Shown here piece after piece: positions 1 through 11,999 of a stretch of DNA of 64,000 bases. Position numbers and translations under genes: made by a program. The notes under the pieces are model-generated. The model saw only the letters and a program-made list of their open reading frames with translations. It was not told where the DNA came from and did no database searches. Where the stretch lies: NCBI RefSeq assembly GCF_009914755.1, contig NC_060929.1. One strand, 5' to 3'. The first letter of the stretch is position 1, and each line of letters opens with the position of its first letter. The DNA is from the human T2T-CHM13v2.0 reference genome, Homo sapiens.

Positions 1-900
1 TGCTTCTCTGTAAAGAATTTTATTTCTCCTTCACTTATGAAGCTTAGTTTGGCTGGATATGAAATTTTGGGTTGAAAATTCTTTTCTTTAAGAATGTTGA
101 ATATTGGCCCCCACTCTCTTCTGGCTTGTAGGGTTTCTGCCAAGAGATCCGCTGTTAGTCTGATGGGCTTCCCTTTGAGGGTAACCCGACCTTTCTCTCT
201 GGCTGCCCTTAACATTTTTTCCTTCATTTCAACTTTGGTGAATCTGACAATTATGTGTCTTGGAGTTGCTCTTCTCGAGGAGTATCTTTGTGGCGTTCTC
301 TGTATTTCCTGAACCTGAACGTTGGCCTGCCTTGCTTGATTGGGGAAATTCTCCTGGATAATATCCTGCAGAGTGTTTTCCAACTTGGTTCCATTCTCCC
401 CATCACTTTCAGGTGCACCAATCAGACGTAGATTTGGTGTTTTCACACAGTCCCATATTTCTTGGAGGCTTTGCTCGTTTCTTTTTATTCTTTTTTCTCT
501 AAACTTTCCTTCTCACTTCATTTCATTCATTTCATCTTCCTTTCCTGATACACTTTCTTCCAGTTGATCGCATCGGCTCCTGAGGCTTCTGCATTCTTCA
601 CGTAGTTCTCGAGCCTTGGTTTTCAGCTCCATCAGCTCCTTTAAGCACTTTTCTGTATTGGTTATTCTAGTTATACATTCTTCTAAATTTTTTTCAAAGT
701 TTTCAACTTCTTTGCCTTTGGTTTGAATGTCCTCCCGTAGCTCAGAGTAATTTGATCGTCTGAAGCCTTCTTCTCTCAGCTCGTCAGAGTCATTCTCCAT
801 CCAGCTTTGTTCCGTTGCTGGTGAGGAGCTGCGTTCCTTTGGAGGAGGAGAGGTGCTCTGATTTTTAGAGTTTCCAGTTTTTCTGTTGTTTTTTCCCCAT
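1..900 (-). pseudogene. Disabled L1 ORF1
   Basis: A 2-bp deletion near codon 5 gives ATG GGG AAA AAA CAA CAG AAA AAC TGG AAA CTC TAA, and there is an in-frame TGA (CGA>TGA) at 513-515. Confidence 0.85.
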
Positions 901-1355
901 CTTTGTGGTTTTATCTACTTTTGGTCTTTGATGATGGTGATGTACAGACGGGTTTTTGGTGTGGATGTCCTTTCTGTTTGTTAGTTTTCCTTCTAACAGA
1001 CAGGACCCTCAGCTGCAGGTCTGCTGGAGTACCCTGCAGTGTGAGGTGTCAGTGTGCCCCTGCTGGAGGGTGCCTCCCAGTTAGGCTGATCGGGGGTCAG
1101 GGGTCAGGGACCCACTTGAGGAGGCAGTCTACCCATTCTCAGATCTCCAGCTGCATACTGGGAGAACAACTGCTCTCTTCAAAGCTGTCAGACAGGGACA
1201 TTTAAGTCTGCAGAGGTTACTGCTGTCTTTTTGTTTGTCTGTGCCCTGCCCCCAGAGGTGGAGCCTACAGAGGCAGGCAGGCCTCCTTGAGCTGTGGTGG
1301 GCTCCACCCAGTTCCCGCTTCCTGGCTGCTTTGTTTACCTAATCAAGCCTGGGCA

Positions 1356-1496
1356 ATGGCGGGCGCCCCTCCCCCAGCCTGGCTGCCGCCTTGCAGTTTG
1401 ATCTCAGACTGCTGTGCTAGCAATCAGCGAGACTCCGTGGGTGTAGGACCCTCCGAGCCAGGTGCGGATATAATCTCGTGGCGCGCCGTTTTTTAA
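1356..1496 (+). pseudogene. L1 ORF0 (antisense ORF), frameshifted after codon ~37
   Basis: MAGAPPPAWLPPCSLISDCCASNQRDSVGVGPSEPG matches ORF0. A 1-bp G deletion (GGTGCGGATAT) shifts the frame and stops it at 1496. Splice donor SD1 (CCAG|GTGCGG, 1462) is retained. Confidence 0.85.
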
Positions 1497-2608
1497 GCCC
1501 ATCGGAAAAGCGCAATATTCGGGTGGGAGTGACCCGATTCTCCAAGTGCCGTCCGTCACCCCTTTCTTTGATTAGGAAAGGGAACTCCCTGACCCCTTGA
1601 GCTTCCCGAGTGAGGCAATGCCTCACCCTGCTTCGGCTCGCGCATGGTGCGCGCACCCACTGACCTGCGCCCACTGTCTGGCACTCCCTAGTGAGATGAA
1701 CCCGGTACCTCAGATGGAAATGCAGAAATCACCCGTCTTCTGCGTCGCTCAGGCTGGGAGCTGTAGACCGGAGCTGTTCATATTCCGCCATCTTGGCTCC
1801 TCCACCCGGTAAGTAATGTTTGATATATTAATTCCACAGACTATTCTACAGCAGAGAAAACAACTGAATAATAGCTATATGAAATGACATGGATGAGCTG
1901 CAAGATGTAAATCAAGCGAAAAGAAAAACTGAAGAAGAATATACAACTTAATTCTATTGATGCATATTTCAAATAAAACAGGAAACTTTTAGAGATAAAA
2001 ATATATATAAGTAAATAGAAGCAAAGGAAAAATAAATAACTCAATATGATGAGTACCCTGAACATGGAGAGAAGGAGATGGGAAAGGGATTGGGCACACA
2101 AAGAATTTTAAGCTAATAATTTTTTAATTACACTGAGTGTTGTGCCCACAGAGCATCACCATATCTTTATTCTTAATCCTTTACACATATTTTATAAATT
2201 TCCTTTTGTTTCTACTCAATATTTAATGAAAAATGATAGGTAATTGTGTAATGCTTGTGTTTTAAATAGGTATTTATAATAATTAAAACATATTATTGCT
2301 CCTTAAGCATTGAAGAAGAAATAAAAAAGAAAGAAAATAAATTAAAAAATTAAACCCCAAACAAAATTTTAGAAGTAATAAAAAAAGAGAATAATTTTGG
2401 ACTCCTGGCATTAGCTACTATGATGACCTATTTATCTCCTACAGTGTAGTTGACATGAAGAAAAATTTGGCTAACTCTGGATTTTATTTCTGGCATATAC
2501 TGCATTTAAAAACCTGTTCAGAAGAAGAATTGCTTGCATTTTGATTCTCACATAGCTAGATCCCCAGCCAAATCTAAGACTGTGTTTCATTGCGAGTAGA
2601 TGCACATC

Positions 2609-2636
2609 TGTGTGTGTGTGTGTGTGTGTGTGTGTG
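2609..2636. repeat. (TG)n microsatellite
   Basis: Perfect TG run of about 14 units. Confidence 0.95.
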
Positions 2637-3391
2637 CATGCACACATGTGACCTGCCTACTGGTACCATCCAAGGACTTGGAATAACATTGAAATTGGCT
2701 CAATACTTTTATCTATCTGAGCTATCATTTTTTCCTTCAGAAGCCATGAAATGTGTTTGATAAATTATAACCATATTATTTGATAATATATCACTACCAT
2801 TGCATTGTAAATTATCAATCACAAGAAGAGTCAAGTCATCAGGCCCCCAAAATAGAGTTGTGGGAAGTAGAAAGCATTAAAGTCAAAAACACTCATGTTT
2901 CTCCTTTCTGTATTACATGTCATATGACCAAGCTCCACCTCACTATGTCTTCAACACTCCGTGTCTAGCCTAGGCTAGATATTTAACCAAGCTCAGTTCA
3001 TTAACTAATCAATTTCACTTTACACAAATTCTGCAAACATGTTTTCAGGGGCAAACAAATTTTGGAAATACCTTGTCAACCACAGGTAACAGGTTCCTTT
3101 ACTACTGATTTAGAGGATGTAAAACAAACTGTATTTTGATTCTTCATTAAATGGGGAACATTATACACATTTTTTTTTTCAAATTCATTTGATTTTGATG
3201 GTTATTCCCCTCCCTCGAAGATCTACCTCATAGGACTAGTGATTTTGTGGAATGGACTTTGGGAAATGCTGCTACAAGTTATTCTATTCTATTCTGTACC
3301 TGTCTCTAAAAAGGTATGGTAATTAGAAAATCCAGGATGTGTTAATAGAATATTAGCATATATCATGGAGTAGCAGAATGGGCACAGAAGC

Positions 3392-3735
3392 TACTATTGT
3401 TTTAATGTGTCCCACAGATATTCATGTGTTGGAAATTGAATCCCTAACGTAATAGTGTTGGAAAGTGAGGCCTAAGAGGAGGTGTTTAGGTCATGAGGGC
3501 AGAACCCTCATGAATAGATTAATGTCATCATAAAAAAACAAGTTCAACCCCCTCTTGGGCTTTTGCCCTTCAGCCCTCCATCATGTGATGGCACATCACG
3601 AAAGTCTTAGCCAGATGCAGGTGTCTTGATCTTGAACTTCCCAGACTCCTGAAGTATGAACCAACAAATTTGTGTTTATTATGAATTACCCAGTGTCAAG
3701 TATTCTGTTATAGCAGTGCAAAGCAGACTTAGACA
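3392..3735 (+). mobile_element. ERVL-MaLR solo LTR (MST-type)
   Basis: Typical MST start (..aatgtgtccc..ttcatgtgttggaaa) and end (aattacccagt..tattctgttatagca..gacttagaca); ~5-bp TSD gaagc/gaagt. Confidence 0.8.
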
Positions 3736-5527
3736 GAAGTGAGCAGAAGTAAGCTGAAGCAAAAGTTTAAAGATATATATATTTAAACTTTGAATATATA
3801 AATATATATAGTCTATAAAATATATAAAACTTTGAATATATATAGTATATAAAATATTTAAAAAGTATTTTATAAAATGTAATTTCCCCCATGATCTTTG
3901 AGGATACTATTAAAGACAGCCTTTGCCTTTAATATTTACTTGTAGCTTTTTTCCCCTGTTCTAAATCCCCCAAAATTAATCTGGCATCTAATGGTTAAAA
4001 AAATGGTATTCTAGTTAGATTCACCTTCTCTTTAATCAGGCCAAAGAATTTTCACCTTAATTATAGAAGAAGGTCTCACTCAAGTTTCTCTACAAATATC
4101 ATGTGACCCATATCCTACTTGTTTGTTTTTAGATTCTTAGTCTCCATAAAAGAACAAGACCAAAAGGTGAGAAAAGTCAGGTGAATGTTCTGAATGGAAT
4201 GTAATAAAAAGAATCTAACACTCCATATGGAACTAAGTTTTCCTTAAGTGTGAAAATGAGAGAAAAATAACGTATAATGTTGTTATGATTGCCTGTAGGA
4301 TTTTAGAAGTTTCAACGCTAATTCACACATACCACTTTCCTCCAAAACTTTATGTAAGTTGTACGTATACTTATGGGATTATAATTTTTTCCCACATAAG
4401 GATGATAAATGTCAAAACACAAAACATTTAGATTACCTGTATAAAGCCACAAGGAATACTATGACATTCATACAGTGAGAGAGCTGGATTAGATGTGTAT
4501 CAGGAGCTGATCAAGATCTAACACTATTGGATTCTATAACGTGCCGATATTTCTTCCAGTCACAACTTGCTTTCAGCAACATGAAGAAGGATGACAACAG
4601 CAAACACATCAAGGTTATTTCTCATGAATAGTCTCAATACTAACCACACTCAACACCTTGATTAATTTCTAAATCAACCATTCATCTTTGGGTCAAATAT
4701 GGTAGTATGGAGTGACTGAGCTGGAGTCCATTGCTTCTGCCCTACTTGCCTGCACGCAGGCAGACGGTGTAGCACTGCTGGTCTACAATAGTGGTATGTA
4801 GAATTCTGCCTGTTACCAGTACATGAACAAAAATACAATGGCATGCAGGTGCTTAATAGATTAAATAAATATACAATATGTAAAACAAGCAAATATTTTT
4901 GGTTTGGTTCAATAATTGGAATGTTTGGTTCAATAATTCCTGGAATATCAATTGGGAAAGATTGATAGCTTTGTAGAACTGGAAAACTAACACACAAAAT
5001 GACTCCTTGCCACTTATCCACCATCAGACCAAATATGTGCTCTAAAGTCTTTAGTTAATGAAGTTTGTTGGTAATGTCAGGCACCTGTTAACCTCAATTG
5101 GCATGGATATTTGATAATGTCTATTGCAATTTCTGCTTGAATTGTCTGTACAGATGAGCACCAGATAATCAGGTGTCAAGATGGGAAAAGTATAAAAAAT
5201 ATAGGGGACTAACATGTCTTCATTTCTTAGTTTGTTCAGAAACTGCTCTGCAGAGTGAAAACTGGAAGCAAGTCTTTGGTTACAAAGTGCGTTTCTTGAA
5301 AAGATTGGGTAGATTTTGCCAAAATAAAAATGGAGAATAATACATCCCAATATTTTCATATGTTTATGTTTTTTAGGCCTTTAAAACAGTTCTAAGCTAT
5401 TATTCCCATTGTGTAGTACAGGAAGCCAAATCTGAGACAGGTTAAGTAACCTAGCCAAGATTTACAAACCAAAAATGGCAAATCCAGAATTCTAACTCAA
5501 ATATTTCTTACTACAACACCCACTACC

Positions 5528-6127
5528 TTTTTTTTTTAAATTTGTGTGGGTACATAGTAGGTACATATATTTATGGGATACATGAAATATTTTGATATGG
5601 GCATTCACAGTGAAATAAGCACATCATGAAGAATGAGGTTTCCATCCCCTCAAGCATTTATCCTTTGAGTTACAAACAATCCAATTACACTCTTTAAGTT
5701 ATTTTTAAATGCACAATTAAGTTATTATTGATTATAGTTACCATGTTGTGTGATAAAATAGTAGGTCTTATTCATTCTTTCTAGCTACTTCTTGTACCCA
5801 TTAACTATACCTGCCTCTCCCCCACCTCCTACTACCCTCCCTAGTAACCATCCTGTTACTCTCTATCTTCATGAGTTGAATTGTTTTGAATTTTAGATCC
5901 CACAAATAAGTGAAAATATGTGATGTTTGTCTTTCTGTGCCTGGTTTATTTCACTTAGCATAAGCCCTCCAGTTCCATTCATGTTGTTGCAGATGACTGG
6001 ATCTTATTCTTTTTTATGGCTGAATAGTACTTTATTGTGTATAAGTACTGCATTTTCTTTATTCATTCATCTGCTGATGGGCCAGGTTGCTTTCAAATTT
6101 TGAGTATTGTGAACATCGCTGCAACCT
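5528..6127 (-). mobile_element. L1MA-type 3' end fragment
   Basis: Poly-T followed by gggtacatagtaggtacatatatttatggg...ccatcccctcaagcatttatcc, the L1MA 3' UTR in reverse. Confidence 0.8.
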
Positions 6128-8430
6128 CAGTGTCTTAAGCACTAAGGTTTTTGCCCCTAAATAAATGAGAAGCCTCACATAATGTAGAGGAGGACTTTTC
6201 TGAAACTCTGAAATTGTATTATTCTAATTTGTACTAACTGAAAAGACAATTGTGTGTCACTCCCATTTTATCTCACATATCTCAAAATGCAGAGCAACTT
6301 AGCGATATATAGATGTAAAATTCAGAATGTTGGATTCTTTTCTACCTGTGAGAACTGGGCAAGTCACATACCCCTTTCAGAACTCAGTTTCTGCCTTAAT
6401 AAAATAAAAAGGCAGGAACTATGATCTTTAAGGTCCCTTTTATATTAAGCACTGTTCAAAATTCCATCATCATTTTTCCTTTATGCCTAAGAATATGATT
6501 TTAGAACTCTTCCAACACATAATTCTTTGGTAAAATGGAATTGTACTATGAATAAATAAATAAATAAATAAATTTGCATTGACATTAAAATAAGTCTTTC
6601 CAAGTTATATATTATAGATCTGTCTTATCTATTTTAAACATGTCACGGTGCCTCAAGTTTATTTAGATATACTTCCATACAAGGGTATTTATTATTATTT
6701 CCAGTGTTTTATTTCTGTTTTTTTTTTCTTTTTGCTTTTACAAGTGAGGCTGATGTGTGCATGTGTTGTGTGAAATTAGACCATATATATGCAATATATA
6801 TATATATGTATCAAATATATAACATAGATATATTCATCTATCTATTTATATGCACTATTTAATTTGGATAGATTCCTAAGATTCCTAGTATTAGTAGCTG
6901 GTTCAAAAGAGATGAACACTTTAATTTACTTACATTTATTTGCTGATAATTATCCAAAAATGTTGCAATAATTTACATCACCGTCCACTGTTTGAGGTAT
7001 TGTATCAGGTTACTTTGGGTTGCAAATAAAAGAAAATGTCAATTTAAGTTTATTTAAATTAGAAAATTCACTTTGTCATGTAACAGAAAGTTCAGAGGAT
7101 GAAGAGGGCTGTGCTGTGGCCTATTTTTCCTCCTGTTGTTCTATTCTCATAGAGCTCTCCAAGGTGATTTCAAGATGACAGCTGCAGCTTTTCCTAGTGT
7201 CCATGCTAGGCCTGACACCATTCAGAGACAGAAATGGGCCTCTTGACCTGTTTTTTAAGAGTGTTCAAATCTTCTGCAGAATTTTTTTTAGCAGATTTCT
7301 CCTCTCTTATTTCCCTGAATTATGTCAAAAATCCATGCTTAAACCAATTACTGGGAAAGGGAATGACTCATGAGGATTTAACCCAGATTCGGATCTATGG
7401 CCAGCATATTCTAAAGTGTATGAGTATACTAAGAGGAGAAAAAAACTGAACAAAATTGGTTGTTTTTAGAAACGATGTAGTTGGTTGTGGTTAGGCAAGC
7501 AATAATGTCTGCCACAGATATTTTTGGTCTTGAGGAAAGGATTTATAACTATATGATGGGCATAATGGTAGATGTTTTAATATGCATATACCTGGTTACT
7601 AGTGTACTTGAGCCTTTTTTTCATATATTTATTGACCTTTATCAATTCTTCTCAGTTAAAATTCTTTGTGTATCCCTTTATCATTATATTAAAAAGAAAC
7701 ACTTGTCAATTAATTGGAGCTCTTTGAAGAATAATATTTTCAGACTTTTTGTGTTAAATATTTTGCAAAAAATTCATAGTCTGTAGTTAGATGTTGATTT
7801 CTTTTACATTTTTTTCATGAAGATTTCTATCTCATCATTTTCCTTTATGAATTTTGGATATGTGTCTTGCTTAAGAAACCATAAGTTATAAAAATATTTT
7901 CCTGTGACTGGGCAAGTAAAATCTAAGCTATTCATTTTTTGATCTTCATCTCTTTTGACATAAAAGTATTATGATAAATTTGAGGGAAGTTGCATTAGTC
8001 AATTATTTATCAAGATATATGAGGGATTAGAAAGCAGGATTTGTTCAGCATTTAATAAGGCCTTTCCTGAGCCCAACCTCAATGTAAACATGTCTTCTAC
8101 CATGTTCTAGTTTTCATTACAACTTAGTTTATTTAGTTCTTATAATAATTCTTTAGCTCATATTTATTTACTGCTATGTGTTTTTCTGTTTAATATCTAT
8201 CTCCCAAACTAGAAAATTAGACCAAAGAAGAAAATGACTACCTTGTTTTATTCATTGCTCAGTCTTCAGGATACCTAGGGATTGTTGCCTAATGCACAGT
8301 AAATGTTCAATAGTGTGATGAAATGAATTAATTGAAACAAAGTTAAGTAAGGAAAGGTAAGAAAGGACAGTGAACCCTGCATTGCAAGCAAATGCAAGAA
8401 TGGAGATACTACTGTGGAGAGGCCTTTTGG

Positions 8431-8538
8431 TTTTTTTTTTTTTTGAGACGGAGTCTCGCACTCTCGCGAGGCTGAAGTGCAGCGGTGCCACCTCGGCTGA
8501 CTGCAAGCTCTGCTTCCCAGGTTCACGCTATTCTCCTG
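8431..8538 (-). mobile_element. Severely 5'-truncated Alu (3' ~95 bp) with a 13-bp TSD
   Basis: T-tail plus gagacggagtctcgc...ctgcaagctctgcttcccaggttcacgctattctcctg, flanked by ggagaggcctttt at 8416-8428 and 8539-8551. Confidence 0.88.
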
Positions 8539-9721
8539 GGAGAGGCCTTTTCTGAGACCTAGTTGCCAAATTGTTGCAATTTGACAGTACAGCTTAAAAA
8601 TGGAGAATTATAAAAATGCTTTTGTCCTTTGACTCAATAATTTGGTAACAATAAATTATCCTATGGGAATGAGTAGAGTGACAATCAAAGATTTGTGTAT
8701 AATAAAATTTTTAAATTTTATTTTCCTTATATTTCCCAAATATTCCACCTAGATCATGGGTTCCTTTTGTAATCAGTAAAAAGTAAATATTATAAAATGT
8801 ATGAAGACACATTTCTCAGAAATAACACTGGCATAGCCAGGTTTTTCTAAAGCAGAGAATTACACGTAATTGTTTTCCACTCCTGCCCACCCACTCAACT
8901 ACATCCAGTTCACTCGAATCTCCCTAATCTCCTACCAGTGAGTGGTATTGTTTCTCACATTCTGATTGATATTTAATATAGATTTTTTATCACCCTACTT
9001 TCAATAACTGCATTTAATAAAGGAAAAGGAGAGAGAGAGAGAGAGAGACAGATGAAGACCTCTGTCTAAATGCAGGCACACGAAGCAAGTAGAATATTTC
9101 ACTCAATTAATTTTCTTCAAGATATTCCACAAAGTTTTGGGAAATTAAAATATGTATTATAGATAAGTCTCCGTTTTTTCTCACCTTTGATGCATAAAAT
9201 AAAGATAAGAAACAACTAGTTAGATTTTAAAAGATTTGTGAATATTAGACCAAACACAAAGGAAGGCCCTCATAGGAGTAAGCCTCTAATCAGAACTGGA
9301 CCAATTTCCTTTTGTTTTCACTTCTGAAATGTATCTTTCTAGTACTTATTTCTATTCTCTAACAACATAAAGCAGCAATGATATTTGCCACTTGTTAATC
9401 TTTATATAAAGATAAACATTCTGAGAAGGTAGTTATACAAACATAGACCTATTCAAAAGGACACAAAGTCAAAGAGTAATGAAATATACAATTTTATAAA
9501 AAAAAAAAAACTCAAAACGTAAAAGATCTTAAGTGTACCAGTCTTTCGGTTATATGGATTGGAGAGTTAAAATATAATACCCTATTAAAATGTGTGGTAC
9601 CCCTTAAGTATCAAGCTGAACGCTTTAGCACGTAAGTATCTTTCTAAAGAGTATTTATAGAATTTCTAGCAAAACATCTAAAGTACTAAATATAGTTAGC
9701 AGTAAAAAAATACCTTGATAA

Positions 9722-10028
9722 GGCCAGGCACAGTGGTTCACGCCTGTAACTCCAGCACTTTGGGAGGCTGAGGCAGGTGGATCAGAAGGTCAGGAATTCA
9801 AGGTAAGCCTAGTCAAGATGGTGAAACCCCATCTTTACTAAAAATACAAAAAAATTAGGTGGGCGTGGTGGCGGGCACCTGTAGTCCCAGCTACTCGGGA
9901 GGCTGAGGCAGAGAATTGCTTGAATCCGGGAGGTGGAGGTTTCAATGAGCAGAGAAAGTGCCACTGCACTCCAGCCTGGGTGACAGAGCAAGACTCTGTC
10001 TCAAAAAAACAAAACAAAACAAAAAAAA
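9722..10028 (+). mobile_element. Alu (AluS-like), full length
   Basis: Dimeric Alu with A-rich linker and tail; flanking accttgat repeat. Confidence 0.95.
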
Positions 10029-10767
10029 CCACACCTTGATGATTTCACTTAATCTTACAACTTTTGTTTATTAATGCATAGACGGTGTGAATGGATTAAA
10101 TTAGAAATGCAGGCAGTTTTTAGGCTAGTGTTTTTTCTTCAGGATCTAGCTGTAGAAACAACTTAAAGGGCAGAAGAGGGAGAGGGAAAGGAGTAATAGC
10201 GTGTGTGGCAAAGGATCTGAAATAATTTCTTCTAACAGTACGGAGTAGTGGTGAGGGACACAGTCTGACATCATGAAGATTTAGTTTCTCGGCCGACCTC
10301 TACTACTGTCTTGGCAATATAATCTGTCTAAACCTCAGTTTTCTATTCACTATTATATTAAATATAACACTATTCCCTACTTCATTAAGTTGTGATGCTT
10401 AAATGAAACAGTGCATATGAATCAGTTAACCGAGTGATTGGCACAAAGCATTCTCCAATTCCTTCTCTGAGGCGGGTGATATTAAAAGTCTATGCCTGTG
10501 ACTATTTCTGTATCTATGACCCAGTCATTTGGTCAAATGCCTTGATTTCACAATGACATATATCTTAGACATATTGTCTTATGTATTTCACTTTTCAGGA
10601 ATTCGATTTTTAGAATAGAAACACAGCAACACGGAGCCATAGAAAGTATCATATTAAAGTGGGATCTAGCAAGCATTATGAGGTTTCCAGAACTGGTCTG
10701 TTTTCCTTTCTTTCTAGCTGTTAGTTATTCAAGTCTTTATATCTATAAGATGTATTAAGAGTCTTCT

Positions 10768-11070
10768 GCCGAGCATGGTGGCTCACACTTGTAACCCCAG
10801 CACTTTGGCAGGCTGAGGTGGGAGGATTGCTTAAGGCAAGAGTTCAATAATAGCCTGGGGAAAATAACAAGACCCCCATCTATACAAAAAAAGAATAAAA
10901 AAAATATATTGGCCAGGTGTGGTGGTGTGTACCTGTAGTGCCAGCTATTCAGGAGGCTGAGGTGGGAGGATCACTTGAGCCCAGAAGTTTGAGGCTGTAG
11001 TGGGCTATTATCACACTATTGTACACCAGCCTGAGCAGCAGAAAGAGACCCCAACTCTTAAAAAAGAAAA
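10768..11070 (+). mobile_element. Alu (AluJ-like)
   Basis: Dimer with J-type ggaggatcacttgagccca right arm. Confidence 0.9.
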
Positions 11071-11999
11071 GATCTTCTAATATTTTGTTTTAGGTAAGAC
11101 AACAAGAGTTTGTAACTCAAAGAGGCTCAATTATTAATAGTATAAAACTGCTGTACATGCTAGTTACTGTAGCTTGTAACTAAAAGAACCTCAACTAGTA
11201 GTACAAGACTAAGAAAATGTTCCAGTTCTCATGTGCATATTCAAATTTCTATTTTTATCTAGAGTGGCAAACAAAATTAATGTTTTAAAGAACATGATAT
11301 TGAGAAGTGAGACATGAGAAAGAAAGAGGAAGAAAATAAAATTCAGGAAGAGCAACATCTCAGAAGTTGGAGAATTGACTAAATGCATCCCCCAGCTAAT
11401 TCCCTACTGCATGTTTTTCCTTCACTTTTCTTTCCTTTGTAAAGGATAAATAATAAATAACATATAAAATGGCTATTTTTAAACTTTTATTCCTTTCACC
11501 TTAGAGGATTTATAACAAATTGGCAGCTACAGGAAAAAAAAAGGATTCTTTTTAAATAAAATTTAAATGTTTTTTAACTTTATAGCTTAGAAAAATTATT
11601 TGAGAATTACTGCACTATTATTAACCTCTCGTTACCTCTTTTTAAACATATTTTAATTTCTTAATTCCTTATCTCTGATTATAGCAAAAAATACCTTTTG
11701 GAAAGATTGCAAATAACAACTACTTGCAATTTTTTTTCTTTGCATATTTGTGTGACAACACTCAAATATCCGTGTTGTGGAGGTTTACTATAGTGAAAAA
11801 TGGAAAACAACCTAGGGGAAGAGGAGTTAAATAAATTATGATATATCCATTCCTTGTGATATTAGTCTGCACTTACCTAGAATAAGATAAATTTGTATTT
11901 TGTCATGAAGCAATAGTGCTTTTAAGGCAAAAAAATTAAAAACTACAAAACAATATGTATAATATAATCAAAACTTTATATAAAAAATTAAAAAAGCTT

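Larger units (their letters stand above)
1..1807 (-). mobile_element. LINE-1 (L1PA2/L1PA3-like): intact 5' UTR plus 5' part of ORF1; runs off the window's left edge
   Basis: Minus strand begins GGGTGGAGGAGCCAAGATGGCGGAAT; ORF1 ATG at 900; ORF1p coiled-coil peptide MENDSDELREEGFRRSNYSELREDIQTKGKEVENFEK...; lacks the 129-bp 5' UTR segment of older L1PA elements. Confidence 0.95.

Noticed and set aside
94-1205. Plus-strand ORFs of 72-100 aa
   Set aside because: Antisense readings of L1 ORF1 and the 5' UTR, common to all L1PA copies.
4674-5359. Two minus-strand ORFs of 116 and 102 aa in apparently non-repeat DNA
   Set aside because: No recognisable domain, splice structure or promoter; lengths are compatible with chance.
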